DNA of 64,000 bases from Tubiluchus corallicola (taxonomy: Eukaryota > Animalia > Priapulida): contig JAQGDQ010000710.1 in the NCBI GenBank assembly GCA_030141605.1, forward strand, positions 44,899 through 108,898. The letters are read 5' to 3'. Made by a program: the position numbers and the translations under genes. The notes beneath the pieces are model-generated. The model had not been told where the DNA came from, searched no databases, and saw only the letters and a program-made list of their open reading frames with translations. Shown in pieces: positions 1 through 18,561 of this stretch (the first letter of the stretch is position 1; each line of letters opens with the position of its first letter).

Positions 1-350
1 TCGGTAGTGGTGCTTTTGGTACAAAATTGTGTATTTTAAGAATTGAGACCGCGAAGTTAATAATGTTCTTGAAAACTCCTCAGCCTAAATGTATACAAGT
101 TTTTTTTTGTTTATGTTGTACCTGAAGACAAAATCGATCAGAATTCTGGAGATGGGAGAAGATAAAAGACAAGAAAGATGGCACAAGAAAAATATAGGCC
201 TATGTGTTGTAGGTTAATAAGGTTTAAAGTGTGGGATTTGGATTTTTTAATCGTATAATAAACGTTAATAGTGCTGTTCTTTTTAATGATAGTGAATGAA
301 CGAGAGTTGATATAGTTACTTGCAAAAAATAATAAATATCACTACTTTAG

Positions 351-3300
351 CTTTGCAGAAATTGTGGTCTTGGTACACTTTGTTGTTCTCGTCTTACTAT
401 GGCTCACACGATCACCAGGATCTGGTTTAGGAGGATGGGGAGACTTATTTGTAGGAGAAGACGGCGAGTACGTATAATTGTAATATACTCTATAATATAT
501 TATATAATTACAATATATTGTATTTTATTGTACGTCATAATTATAACTGATTATTTATAATCACAGGCTCTAGATTATTAAGTAGTAAATGGTGTGAAAC
601 TACAAATAACGAAACTTTTTGACACAACTTGATCGAAATAAGGGAGTGTGAGAAAGTTAGAATTGAGTCTGAATTTGAACCAAGGACCTATAGATTACAA
701 CGGTTCTTGGTTCAAGTTCAGGTCAGTTCCGTCTTTTTTGTTGGTTTAAAAATTCTGCTTTTAGAGTTGAATTTTTGATGCATTATAATTTTCGTTTCTA
801 GCGAATATGCATTCGTGAGTGACCAACATTCGTTGAAGCCAGATGACTTTTGTATGTGCATTAATGAAATATGTTCTATAGCTGTGTACCTTTGTTTTTA
901 TAGCTCTTTGGTAACTGATGGGACGGCTGCCATCTTAATAGTGCTACTGCTTTTCGTCTGCCCAGCAGAAAGACCAAATTTCTTGTGTTGTCAATCTAGT
1001 ACTGGTAAATAAAAATACTTTATAAAATGCACGCCATATGTGGCGTCTAGAAAAAATATATAGCAAACAGTTTGCAAGCTTCAGTGAAATTTTCAAATTC
1101 AAGCCTGCTAGTAGTAAGAGGCAAGTGTGAAAGTGATGCTGTGTATGTGACATAAACCCCATTCACACTGTCGAGGCCGATTAGGCACCGTCGTGGAAAG
1201 TTAGTCTAATGATACACGGCCGCCCTAACATGGCCGCACGGCAAACGCCGCCCGACAGTTGCCGTTCGGCGGAAGAAGAAAGATCTGATACACGGCCGTC
1301 CGTGTAGAAGAGAGCGCGGCAGAAATGACGGCCGTAATGACGACAGTGCAACCAAAAATTTCGCCGACATTTAGTTTTAGTACTTATACTTTTAGAAAGA
1401 CCAGTATTTATAGTAGCCTCTTCGGTTATGTGACGGTTTGCATTAAATACGGATCTAAAGCGTATACTAAGGGTAGAGAATTTGCTGTAGAGTGTAAACT
1501 GCGTTACAAGTTATGATGCGTGGACCTGTTTGCTATATGTAGTTATGTTAATTCGTTTATTTAATATTATGCAACAGACACGAGTCCAAAGGGACCAAAG
1601 AAAACTGTGATTGGATGGGATACAATTCACGAGAAGCTACCATGGAGTGTTGTCTTTCTGATGGGTGGTGGATACGCTCTTGCTGATGGTGTTATTGTAA
1701 GCACTTTTCATATGAGAGAGAACTCTCCTGAGACTTGTCATCTTTAACATAAAATAACCTGAGAATTTCACATTAGCAGCAATATATTTCACATGATCCA
1801 ACTCTTTATAGGCAACACTCATACTTTCGGTTCATAATCTTTTTCTCGTCTAGTAGCAATAGAATTTATAATTATGTAATTTCCTATTCACAGCACGGAC
1901 TATTCACTCAGATAAAACACTGATGAACAGGGGCACAGCCCTCTAAGATTGTCACGTCACCCTTGTTAGTTAGTCAACTGCTTTAGTGGTATTACTGCTC
2001 AATGTGCAACGGCAAAAAGTGTGTTGTATTTTTAAAGCCTGTAACATGACTAATACATGTGTGGGAAAAACCGACTAAAAACAAAGAAATCAAACCCTTT
2101 GACGTTGAGACATTGAACACTATGCTAGCAGTTCATAAGAATACTCAGTTGAGCTCTACATGGTAGAAATACTAATATTTAGAAAGCTGTAATTAATTAA
2201 AAAACATTAAAGATTTTTCAAAACTAAAATAAATCATGCAACAATGCACAGTGTAACTTCATATAGAAAAGCCTTAAATATATAAATTAAAAAATCATTA
2301 TAAAAATGTGGTTAGCAAAACGCAGGCAAAATTAAAATCCAATTCCATTTCCATGTTATAGCGTTAAAAGATTTATATTGAGATAGAGAGGGAAAGGGGT
2401 ACGTGTACAGAAAGTTTTTGTTTGTGTCATAGGCACAACAAATGGATTTTTGTTGCCGGATCTTAAGTTTCTGGATAGCGCCTAAACACTGATCAGTTCT
2501 GCAAGATAATACGGGGTTACCAGCACAACAATTTTGAATTTGATTCTAGATTGCACCGGAAGCCAGTGTAGGGCCCGTAATGTTGGAGTTTTATGATCAT
2601 ACTTGCGCAAATTATACACGTAAACTTCAGCCGCACAATTTTGAATTTGTTGTAGTTTGTTTTTAGAGCTTTTTGAAACATTAAACAGTAATCCATTACA
2701 CCAGTCGAAGTTATAACGGAATGAACCAGAGATTCAGTAGAATTCCTATCTAGGTACTTGCATAATTATTGTTAAAAGAGCATAAGATTTTTACAAACGT
2801 TATTTTTGTGAATTCATATAACCTCATTGACATATTCTCATCAATGATAACTTAATTTACATACGTCGTGTGCAGGACTATTTCACATACATATTATATT
2901 AACAGACTGACTATGTTGCAGCAATCTGGTCTGTCTGCCAAGATCACAGAGTTTCTGATGTTCCTGGAAAATGTGCCACCATTTCTGCTGTTGTGGATTC
3001 TGTGTACTATTGTTTCTGTGCTGACAGAGTTCGCCAGTAATACAGCAACGGCCACAATTATGGTTCCAATCTTGGCTAAGCTGGTACGCCTGCATTTAAA
3101 TTTTAAAAACATAACATTTTGATTTTGATGATATACCAGAAATAAGCACGCTAATATTATCATTATAATAATACCATAATAGTATAATATTAAGGAAAAT
3201 GAAGAGAATAAAAAGGGGACGCTTACTTGGTAATTGGTACCCAAGCAGCTAAAACAAGCGCATAGCGAAAATGATGCAATGGGCTGCACGAGACTTTTGT

Positions 3301-4862
3301 CCATAGATTTTTAATTTTTGCCTCTATCTTTCCCTGAATGTTCATGCTCCTCAACGAAAAAATATGCAAACTTTAAATGTGCTGCATTCAAAATATCATA
3401 ATCAAAACACCAAAATGCCAAAGTATTTGGGCACAGTGGGCATCAAAGACTCTGTGTAGTAAGCCCTTATCGGGTGGTTTCGAGCCTCAAGGCCTTATGC
3501 CGGTCATCGATTTACGATCACATTCGGTTACAAACCGACCGACCGACCGGCGAATTTTTCTGCACCTTTCGCTTTTTGTAGATCGTTGCGATTCAACTTC
3601 ACTAAGTCTGTGGCCTAGGCAAAAAGTAAACCAATTTGCTTGTGGTATGGTTAAATCCTAGTTTTATGCCAGCGGACTGAATCTACCAGCTAATTTGTTT
3701 GTAATGTGTTTTTCCCAAGGTGTAAAACCGCTAATTACCTTGTGCCACATTTAGAAAAAACGCTATAAAGCAAACAATCATCGTGACTTTAAATTTACAG
3801 TTGTGTTAGCTTTCTTCAAAAAATTCAAACTGATTTTCTTTTATTTCCTCCTAAAAAGTAGTCACTGGATAATACTATCTGCATAGCATCTACTTTGGTT
3901 TATACCTTTTTAATATAATTTCTAGGCAGAAGCTCTGTGCCAGCACCCTCATTATTTCCTGTTTCCTGGTGTTATTGCTGCATCGTTTGCTTTCACTTTA
4001 CCTGTGGCTACGCCACCAAATGCAATCGTCTTCAGTTACAAGGTCCTCTCAATCAAAGACATGGTAAGCTCACACTGTTTTTCTCAGAATGCATCCATAT
4101 GATAGACAGTTATTATTGTTGATTTAAGACAAAAAACTTTGCACCAAAATTAATATATTTTACAAATTTCTTTGAAATTCATCGCAAAAAACTTTCATTG
4201 CTACGCATTCAAGTGAGGTTAGCTAGTTTGAAATTGAAGCTCTGAAATCTGAATTACGTATTTGCAACCACCAGTGGTGTAAAATTGGTGTTTTGCAGGT
4301 AATTAATTTGTCTCGCATGGTGTGAACTGTGTACGTGTGATTTAGTGCAAAACATGGTTATATACTTTGCACTTTAAGGGTATTTAGAATGATCTCTGCA
4401 AAATCACACACAGTTTACGCGAGACGAGGCGAATTAATCGTCTACGAAATTCCTGTAATTCAAATTCCAGAATAATTCCAAACAAAGAAACTCAGTTCGT
4501 AACAGGCTGCAAAGAATTTTCTACACTTGAAAAACTTGGGTACTAAACCGATAACAAAAATCATGAAACTGCTTTTTATTGTGGTCAATAAAAGATATTT
4601 CAAGCTGCATACTTTAGCACATTGGTAATTACGCTTATTTATATAAACCTAAAAGCTACATAAAACATGGTTTCAATGTCATCATCAGTGAAAAAAACAA
4701 ACATATTTTTTGTTTCAGGCACGTTCCGGAATCGTAATGAACCTGACATGTGCATTTGTAACAGTTTGTGTGGCATCTGGCTTTGGTTATTACGCTTTTG
4801 GGTGGACAGAGTTTCCAAAATGGGCTGTTGATGATCACCTAAACCACACATGTTTTAGTTAA
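351..4862 (+). CDS. SLC13-family Na+/carboxylate (or sulfate) cotransporter, 3' portion (5' exons lie upstream of the window)
   Basis: Six phase-consistent GT-AG exons: 351-467, 904-1004, 1578-1696, 2922-3083, 3926-4063, 4719-4862 (TAA). Translation includes LLWLTRSPG, VTDGTAAI, LPWSVVFLMGGGYALA, TEFASNTATATI, LPVATPPNAIVF and C-terminal FPKWA, all characteristic SLC13 motifs. Confidence 0.93.
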
Positions 4863-6269
4863 TCATAACTCTTTGTTTTAAATGCCCGCGTACTAAGTGA
4901 AAGATACAAATGAAATAGGTATTGTATATAGGTGATAACGATCGCAGTTTTGTAGATATATGTCTCTGTTTATCGAGTGTGAACCTTGCCTAACCAAAAC
5001 GAGGAAGTCAACGTCCCAGTTATCGTAATAATTATTGCAATTACAACTTTGTTATAATTAATGTTGTATCTTTGAAATAATTAATTTCCTACTACAAATA
5101 AGGACAAGTCAACCTAAATATATACAGTTATTGATATATTTGCTTTGTATACATGTATATGGCTGTGTTTTGCTATTTTCTTGGTCATCAATTTGAATAT
5201 GTCAGATATCTTATGATTTACTAACGACGTATTTTTTATTCAGGGTAACTGGAAAAAAGGAAGGAAATGAGATTTGCTTTTCGTTGTAACTGGAAAGAAA
5301 GAAGGAAGTAGGACTTGTTTTTCGAGACAGCCAGTCAAAATTTTGAGAAAAATTGCGCAAGCACCAACTAAAACATTTTTTTAACTAAGAAAATGCACAA
5401 TGCTTATAAGAAAGGGCACCAATTCATGGTGATAATCGCCTTTTGTTGGAACACATAAGAAATGGGCCTTGTAGTTTGAAGATAGTGGAAAAATGATTTG
5501 GTATTTTATCCGGATTTGTTAGAAAACTTATATTTTAAGAAATATACCTAGGAGATACTAAAAAGTGATTCCCCAATGATGCTGTAGTAGTTGCTGTTTA
5601 AGACAGGTTAGATTTTCCAATTTTTAGTATACTTACACGGCATAAGAGCCGCCTGGCGGCAGCTTGAGATGGAAAATACAGCATATTTAAAGAGCACAAT
5701 ATTTCGACAACTTTTAGCGGAAGCATGTCGGCCTGTTTCAGTCTTGCCCAATTTGTATGGAGTTTTGTGGTTTTGTTGTAAAAAACTATGATTAATTCAA
5801 CGTATATGAATCAAGTTAATGATTACCATATAGCAGTTATTACAAATAAATCCTTTGTGTAAAATGATATCTATCAACATTTTGCCACGTAGTTAGCATT
5901 GCTTGTATGATTCGCTAATTTGACGTCCCATTAAATTTAGTCACATAGGCACTGAGTAACAAAAACAAGTTATGGTGTAAAAAATATAAAATATTCACCA
6001 AGTTGAAATGCTGTCTTTCATTAAACATATTTTTTATATTTATTAAAACATTAAACTTCATTTATCTTTCATTCAAGTCATTCAAAACAATTATGTAGAA
6101 TAGGACTTAGAATTCTTTATACTGAATTAGTACAAGCAGCATTTAATAAGCCTTTTAAATGAAGGTTCGATTATCTTGATTGAGGATGCATAAAATTTGC
6201 ACAGAATCATCATTATTAATAAGTGATTAAAATCTCTATTTACTAATAATTTTCAAGTCGTTGTCGAGG

Positions 6270-9200
6270 TTACTTTTGCTTTTTTGTTGGCTTCGTAGCC
6301 ACTTTACGAGGATCTACTAAACGATGAGGTGACGCTGCCGCTCTTCTTCCGTGAGGAGCGGGTCGATCTGCCAACCGGAGCATCCGTCTCATTTTACCTG
6401 TAGGAAATGCAAAGGAATAGCCAATTATTCTCATAACAACGGACCAGAAGGTGTGTAGACCCTGGCAACGTACGTACGGTGTAGGCTGAAACTTGAGACC
6501 CAGGGCACGCCCAATTTTTTCCCATTTTTTTATATCGCTTTGATCATTTTGTCATGCCCTGCAGGTTGAAAAATCCATTTCCGTTTGGTTTTTGACGCAT
6601 AATTAAAGGAAAACGTGATTACGCGATCATTTGTTTTAATTATTTTAAATAATAAAAAATAAGACGAGATTAGATAATATAGGATAAGAGTTTTAAGTAA
6701 GTACTTACCTACTAATCCAGGATATATGGTGTCTATATTTTCTAGATACGGCGTAAGTTCGTTTACGTTGTTTTCATTCTTTGTTATTAGCATTAAGATA
6801 TAAGATGCTCGAGGTTGAAGGACTGTTGATGCCAAATCTAAACTAGGTACGTCACATATACCTTTGAGACCGCCAGCTTCGTCACATAAATCAAATCCCA
6901 CTGAAACAGGCAGAAATAAGTTTTCATATTACTGTATAAGCCAATGACACATTTTCGACTGAAGTTAAAGCAACTAAACTGTCACGCGCGTGTCAGGCTC
7001 ATTCATTTTCAGGCAAGTCAACTTTTCGACATCTTTTGAATTACTGAACCTGTTAATCAGCAAAAAGCTTTATGAAAGAAATGTAAATTCCACAGACGAT
7101 AAAGAATGGTTGTTGAATTTACATAGTATGTTTATCGCCCATATGCAACAAATGTCATCGACAGGTTGAAACTTCAGAACGTTTTTTGTGACATGTACTG
7201 CAGATAATAACATACGTTCAACTTTTCTTACTAAAGTCGCTTCCCTTCGTCAACCTTATACAAATTTTAATGCTTGTTCCATTAGATAAGTATTGTAAGC
7301 TCCTGCTTTGTGGATCTAATGATCTCTCTGACTCTGTTAATTATGTGCTTATGGTTGAAGCTCAGATGTATCCTCGAAAAGGCAAATTTAGCTATAATAG
7401 TTTGTTATGGGACGTTTTTCTTTTTGTTAACTATGTCACTGTTATTAATCTTGTCCAATTTATGCCTGAATAGTCGTATTATTTTTGTAGCTTATTTTTT
7501 AAGCTGCTTATTACTGTCCGATTTATTACAATGCCCATTTGTAAAATAGATAACGTTCTTTTTATAATTGTAAGTGTATCTTATTTAACTGTCTGTAGTG
7601 GGTGGGAGTGGGTATTAACATTTTTATACTTATACAGAAGAATCTTAAGGTAAGCAACTTGTTGCTTTATTGATAATTCAGTATATTTAAATAAATATGT
7701 TTATACAGAAAAACATAGTTCTCGTAAAAGTTTTGTTGATTAACAAGTTCAGCAATTTGAAATAATTTTTTATTTTATTTTCTTATTTTTTATTTAAAAT
7801 TCATTTCAGCACATAAAAATGCTATATAAATGTTAAAATTTAAACTAGAAACTAAGAAATACTACATGTCATGCACTATTAAAAGAGCTACGACGATTTA
7901 CAAAAATGTAATAGAAATATAAATACAAGGCATCAGTTAAAAAAACCAGCGGTTTCCACAGCAATAAATTATGTCATCTTCTAAACATTCTACTATAAAA
8001 TCGCAAATCAGTTTTGTGGTATATATAATTCACAACAAAATTTGCGGACCCAATCATTCTTGTTCTTAAACTATACTCAGATGACGCAAAAGTAATTTAA
8101 AATGTTTTATATTATTTTCTGTACATATTGTAGAAGATGACGTATCATAAGCATAACATCTAAAAAACTTGTGAAGAGCAATGTTGTAAGTGAAACTGAT
8201 CTTGGTTAAACTGCATACTTTGAAATTAACCCATAAGTTCATTATACTGTAGTTATTTCACATTTGATAAACTTTTGTACTAGAATCAGAACTAATCTAT
8301 TACAAAAATCCCAAGTCCGCGAGTCGAAAACCTTGCAAATAGCAAGTTAAGCTGGTAATGCCTGTCATATAGAAATGAATAACGCATTATTAATTTAACA
8401 AGTAAATTTTAACCATGATATTGTTTTATGTAAGATATGGACAGTTATTGTCGATTATGCGCAAATACTGTTATCCCCACTTTACTTTTCTGGGACTTTG
8501 TTGCATACATAAAAGCATAATTTTTCTAATTATTCGTAATGTTAAAGATAGTAGGCATAGTTTAAATAATAAATCATTATGTATAGGTCATCCGCGCCAT
8601 TGTACAACAATGTGCAGTGTGTAATATTAAGATACTAAAGATCAAATAATACCGTCAGGCTCTATCTCCAGTTTTTCTCTTATGTAGTTTACGAAGTTTA
8701 TTGCAGCGCAGTTAGGGTTCACCAGTAATTGTTCATCGGCTAGAATAAAAAACTGTAAAAAATAATGATAACTGTTTGTGGTCGTTCTAAGCGATATCGA
8801 GCAAGGTGCAAAAAAAACAAAAAATTACACCATCAACTCCCTGCTAACAAGGTTCACTGAATCATTTATGCATAAACTAGTACGTGTGACATGAGGGATA
8901 CCTCAGTATGACCAAATCCATCGAGTAGGAGTAATAAGTATGAAGCTACGAATAATTAAACAGTGTAAAAAATTAAAAGTAAAACTTTTGAAACTGGACT
9001 TGCGCAACTCTAATATTTGCATCAGTGCAAGAATACATTGTGGGGCGTTCTAGGGATAACACACCAAAGGGTAGTGGTAAGCAGGCAACAATTCACAAAA
9101 AGGTAAATTTGTAGTGATGCTCTCCACCCACGATAATGAGTGCACTGAAAAGCAAACTTTCTTACGCAAAATAATTTGAATGAATTCACAGCTCATTAGT

Positions 9201-9501
9201 TTTACGATTAGTACAACAAAGTGTGCATCTGCTGAGTTTAACACCCATGTAAGTTTAGGAATTTCATATTAAGAAGATAATTATAGAAAATAACTCTTGA
9301 CAATGGACACGAACTTCTAGTCTCTTTACAAAAAAACGAATAGCAGCCAAAAACCACGCGGAAATGTTAATCAAACCATGCATTGCCTGTAACACTCACG
9401 ACTACTGAATAGAAGAGAAAGTGGTTTCTTTAAAACTGCATTTCAGTACATAACAGTAAAATAATAACGCGCTTACCTCCATATCGAATTGTCACAAACA
9501 T
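6270..9501 (-). CDS. C22orf15/CXorf65-family uncharacterised protein (~143 aa)
   Basis: Exons 9501-9477, 8739-8653, 6900-6709, 6397-6270, all introns phase 1: MFVTIRYGADEQLLVNPNCAAINFVNYIREKL...FDLCDEAG...ASYILM...YLENIDTIYPGLVGKMRRML...KQK*. The MF.T.xxG...LVNPNC start and IDL/DLCDE pattern match the C22orf15/CXorf65 family as recalled. Confidence 0.82.
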
Positions 9502-10807
9502 CCTTACATCAACATATTTGACAATTTTAATTTTTCCACACCAGTTTGAACAGAGTTGTAGGCCTCAAGCGAACTTAATTCACATTTTAATTTATTACGT
9601 TACAGATATGGAATGCATTGTTAAACGTTTATTTAATACTGACTATGGCTATGTATTAGCCGAGCAAAGTACCTGTGTTTACCGTTCACGCCTGTATAAC
9701 GCTCAATTTGCCCGATTAGAAGTACGACGGAGTTCGGAAGGCAGTTGTCTACCGGCTCTTATACACTCCCAGCACGTTCTTAAAATATTTCTCTAGATGA
9801 CCTTTAAAGCTGACAGTCCGTTGTAAACTTGAGACTGTTTTGACTTTCATTTTGATTATTGATTTTAATAATGATAATAGTTCTGTATTACTGAAAAGCT
9901 ATAATATCAATCTATACTAGTACAAACAACAGCCAGAATATTGAAATAAAGAGATAGCTACGTCATTATAACGAGATATCGTTATAACGAGGTAGCATCT
10001 CGTTATAACCAGATAGCTGTCAATATAATGAATTAGCTTTTTCTCAAAAAACAAATTTACCACTAACGTAGCTCTGTACACTTGTGTGCTGTTTAAATTT
10101 TTAAGCATCCTAAGTTAAATGTTTAAATTATCCTAAGATCGAGCGTCCTATAGTCAATTCACAATGCGGGCATTGAGATCCCTAACCGGGATGACAACAT
10201 GTACATCGACAATATTCAAAAAGTTCAACATTCACTTTGTGTTAATGCCAACGTTAAATTGAGCAATGTGTGAAACGTCAGAGTAGAGTGTACATAGCCG
10301 AATGTGTGTGGAAGAACAAATTATTATGCAGTTTTATTATACGAATAAAATCAAAACAAAGTATTGGTACTTATTGTCATGAAAAACTGTAATTAACAAC
10401 TAATAAACAAACTAAAGATATAGTTAGTCAGCAAGAATGCATAAGTCGGAAGTTCTAAATAAATATTTTAAGGATTCAATCCTAGTGTTGTCGACGTTGC
10501 GTAAATTTTAATCAAAACAAATAAGTAAAACACTAAATGACCGTCATGCTATTTTGAAAGTATATCCGACATAAACACTGACTGACTTACAAAAGTTCAT
10601 TAATAAATGTTTTACTATTTTGACAAGAATTCAAGACACGAGTCAGTCTAAATACTCAATGAATAAAAGAGGCTGTGCTAAAAACTACTTTAATGCATAG
10701 GCTTTCTATATAAATATTGAAACATTGGGGTAGAATTTTTAAAACAATAAAATATATAAATCTTTATCATAAGCTTCATATAAACGCGACATGACACATT
10801 CACAAAA

Positions 10808-15668
<4,861 letters not shown>

Positions 15669-17769
15669 TTGAAACGGTTATCTTGTTATATGCGAGATCT
15701 TTTGCAAGGATCTGACATTATTACTAAAAATTCAACTTAAGAATCGCTTCTTCTTCTGTAGAAGGATGCGATAGTGAAATTTGTAACCACGCTGCAAGAC
15801 CAATGAGTTATGACGCAATAAACATAGTCTAGCTGATAAGTTGCCACGCGTTTAGGCCGAATCCGTTGCTGTGGTAAGTACCTACCGGTATTATTACGTT
15901 TAACAGGAATACTGACATTTTTATGCATGTCCATAATAAAAGAAATGCATGGAAAGTGGTAACGAGTAATAGTTTAAGTTAGTATTATAATTATGCATAT
16001 AACACAAAAGAAAATTCTACCTTGAATTTTCTACGCATCGTTAAAATCGTATATATTAATTTCGGTGGTATATATATATATATATATTTCTAATTTACAA
16101 TAAATGCATAAAAAAGTTATTTTCGCTGCCTTACGATTGTAGTGATAGACAAAAGTGCTTAAATTTGAGTATTGCATATTTTGATGTTTTAATAAGAGAA
16201 AAGTATATATAATCAAAAAACGCAACAATAATTTTATATGTAATGGAATTTTAAATTCTGATGTTTTTGTTCTATCTAAATTGCACAATAGATGGAAGCA
16301 AGTTCTACTCAGTATAAACTATTATAATTCATGAATATTTACTAATAACCATTGTATTTTTTAATTTCCACTAATCCTGAAATTTTATTAAGTGTACAAG
16401 TTCAAAGTAAATTATTTTTATGTAAATTTTAAGTACATATGTATTACGTGTGTTCTATGAACTTTTAGTTCGAAAATAAATTTTTACTTACTTACTTACT
16501 ATACACCAGTAACTATGTGTTATGTGGCAAGTAGGTTTAGGTTTAAAACTAAGAAGCAGTGCTACACAAATCATAATGCAAATTAAAAATGACAGATTAA
16601 TTTGTGTGTACAATTCACTATATTTTAATAACGGATATACCAATACATTTATATAAGTCTCAGGTTCTAAACGTCAATTACAATAGAAAAAGTAACCATA
16701 ACATAAAAAATTACAATACAAAACACAGTTTACGTAAATTGAGTTGGCAACTTTGAAACTAAAGAAACTTACATTCCTGGATTTTCTGACCATCAGTCTG
16801 GTAAACACAAATACCAAAATAAAAATTTTTGGCGAATAATCAAAATCCAAAAAATCCTTAAATAACTTTCTTTACTAATATATTCAATACTAGCAGAAAC
16901 AAATCACAACTTTTTGTAAACATTGCGTATAATGTCTTTAGAAACTCATACAAGAACTACAAAAACATACAATTTATATAATAAATATGGAGCTAGCTTA
17001 TGGAAATAACAGTTCTTACTCTCTTAACAGAACACTTTGAAAAACAAAAAGGTGATTTAGCTTACAAACTAAAACTTGACCACTCACAACCCAAATGCAA
17101 CAAAAAGCGTGATGCCAGTCTACTATAAATTTACGATGTGGTTTTTATTAATCATACTATAACAGAAACCAGGAGCAACTGCTCAAAGAAATTACAAGTT
17201 CAGGCACTACGCGAAAAATATGGAGCGGGCCTTCTAGCTACAAATATATCACTGACAAAATGGTACAGCTAATAATACTGATAATAAATTTAGGTGTCAA
17301 ATTAAGTACTAACTATCTTGAAAGGCAACAATGGAAGCTAATAAAATTGACACACTTTACTTACACATACCTTCTACATTGCACATAACCCAGATAAATG
17401 CCAAAAAGCCACCATGTTAACTAAATCATTTTTCTTCAAGTAATATGCTAACAGAAGGAAGCCGTACATTGGAATATGCCAAGAAAATTAAAAAATATAT
17501 GAATATGTCTATCACATCAATACCATCCACGTTTGCATGCGTTACTATAGTTTACAAAAAAGGAAATTATTAATGTTTCCTTACTAAACCTGAGTCTCCA
17601 AAGCACACTGCACTATGTGTCTTTTTGAAATCAATAATTAGCAAATAACGGCTCTATATATACATGAGTTTTGTTAAGAAAAAATAAAATTTCTTTCAGT
17701 TAAACTGTTGACTATAAACACTGTGTGAACCAAGTAGGCTAAAATGCATACAATTAATTATTATAATCT

Positions 17770-17930
17770 TAATGTCAAGATTATTATTCGTGATGGTACA
17801 AACCCACAATTAATCACATTTTGATACCAAAGTTGAAATTAAAAAATGTCAAAATGTTGAATACAGCATGGAATTGAACCAGGGACCTTCTGTTTACAAG
17901 ACAAAAATGCCTTAGAGCACTAGGCCACAA
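17770..17930 (-). mobile_element. tRNA-derived SINE-like repeat (degenerate)
   Basis: Minus strand reads TGTGGCCTAGTG (A-box-like) ... GGTTCAATTCC (B-box-like); tail resembles copies at ~590-690 and 27765-27905. Confidence 0.5.
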
Positions 17931-18561
17931 TGTTCCCTACTGACCAAATGCAGTCCGGAATTCAACCAAAGTTGAAAAACCAGCTATAAGGGATGTACTT
18001 CGAACTGACTTGGTCACTGGGAAATACAGTTGCCCACTGGTCAAAGCATGTGGGCATTCAAATCCATTCTATATTCCAACTTACACATTTCCTGTCTTAC
18101 AAGTTTACTCAAAATTTAATTCATCGTGGGCTTGTGTACACAGTTTACCAACTGATCTATTCACCCCAGTATCTTTTTGCTTGGAAGTGAAATCAACTTA
18201 TCTGGGCCACCCGATCTGGTTACTAATCACTGATTTCATCAACAAATAAACAGGGATATTCAGAAATGGGAAGAACAGGAACAACGTAACTAATAACTGA
18301 ATCCGTTAACAAGACAACACTAAACATTTAATGATGAACTATTAACACTAAATCTAATCAAATTTACTGGTACGTTAATATGTACAAGTACACATTAATA
18401 AAACACAAAATAAATTTCACAGAGCATTTCCTCTTAAAGTAATAAATTCACAAGCAACCTTGTGCTTACTATATTATTTTCATTGCAAACATTTGTATGA
18501 TAATGACTACATATGGTCAGTTGCTAGTATAAAACGAGATTTATGTTAGGATATGCCTACC

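Noticed and set aside
6270-6397. RRMLRLADRPAPHGRR looked like an amidated or apelin-like neuropeptide
   Set aside because: The exon splices in frame as the last exon of the C22orf15/CXorf65-like gene, which has no signal peptide.
8040-8420. KLYSDDAKV-like RT remnant
   Set aside because: Possibly an ancient CR1 fragment, but too short and degenerate to delimit.
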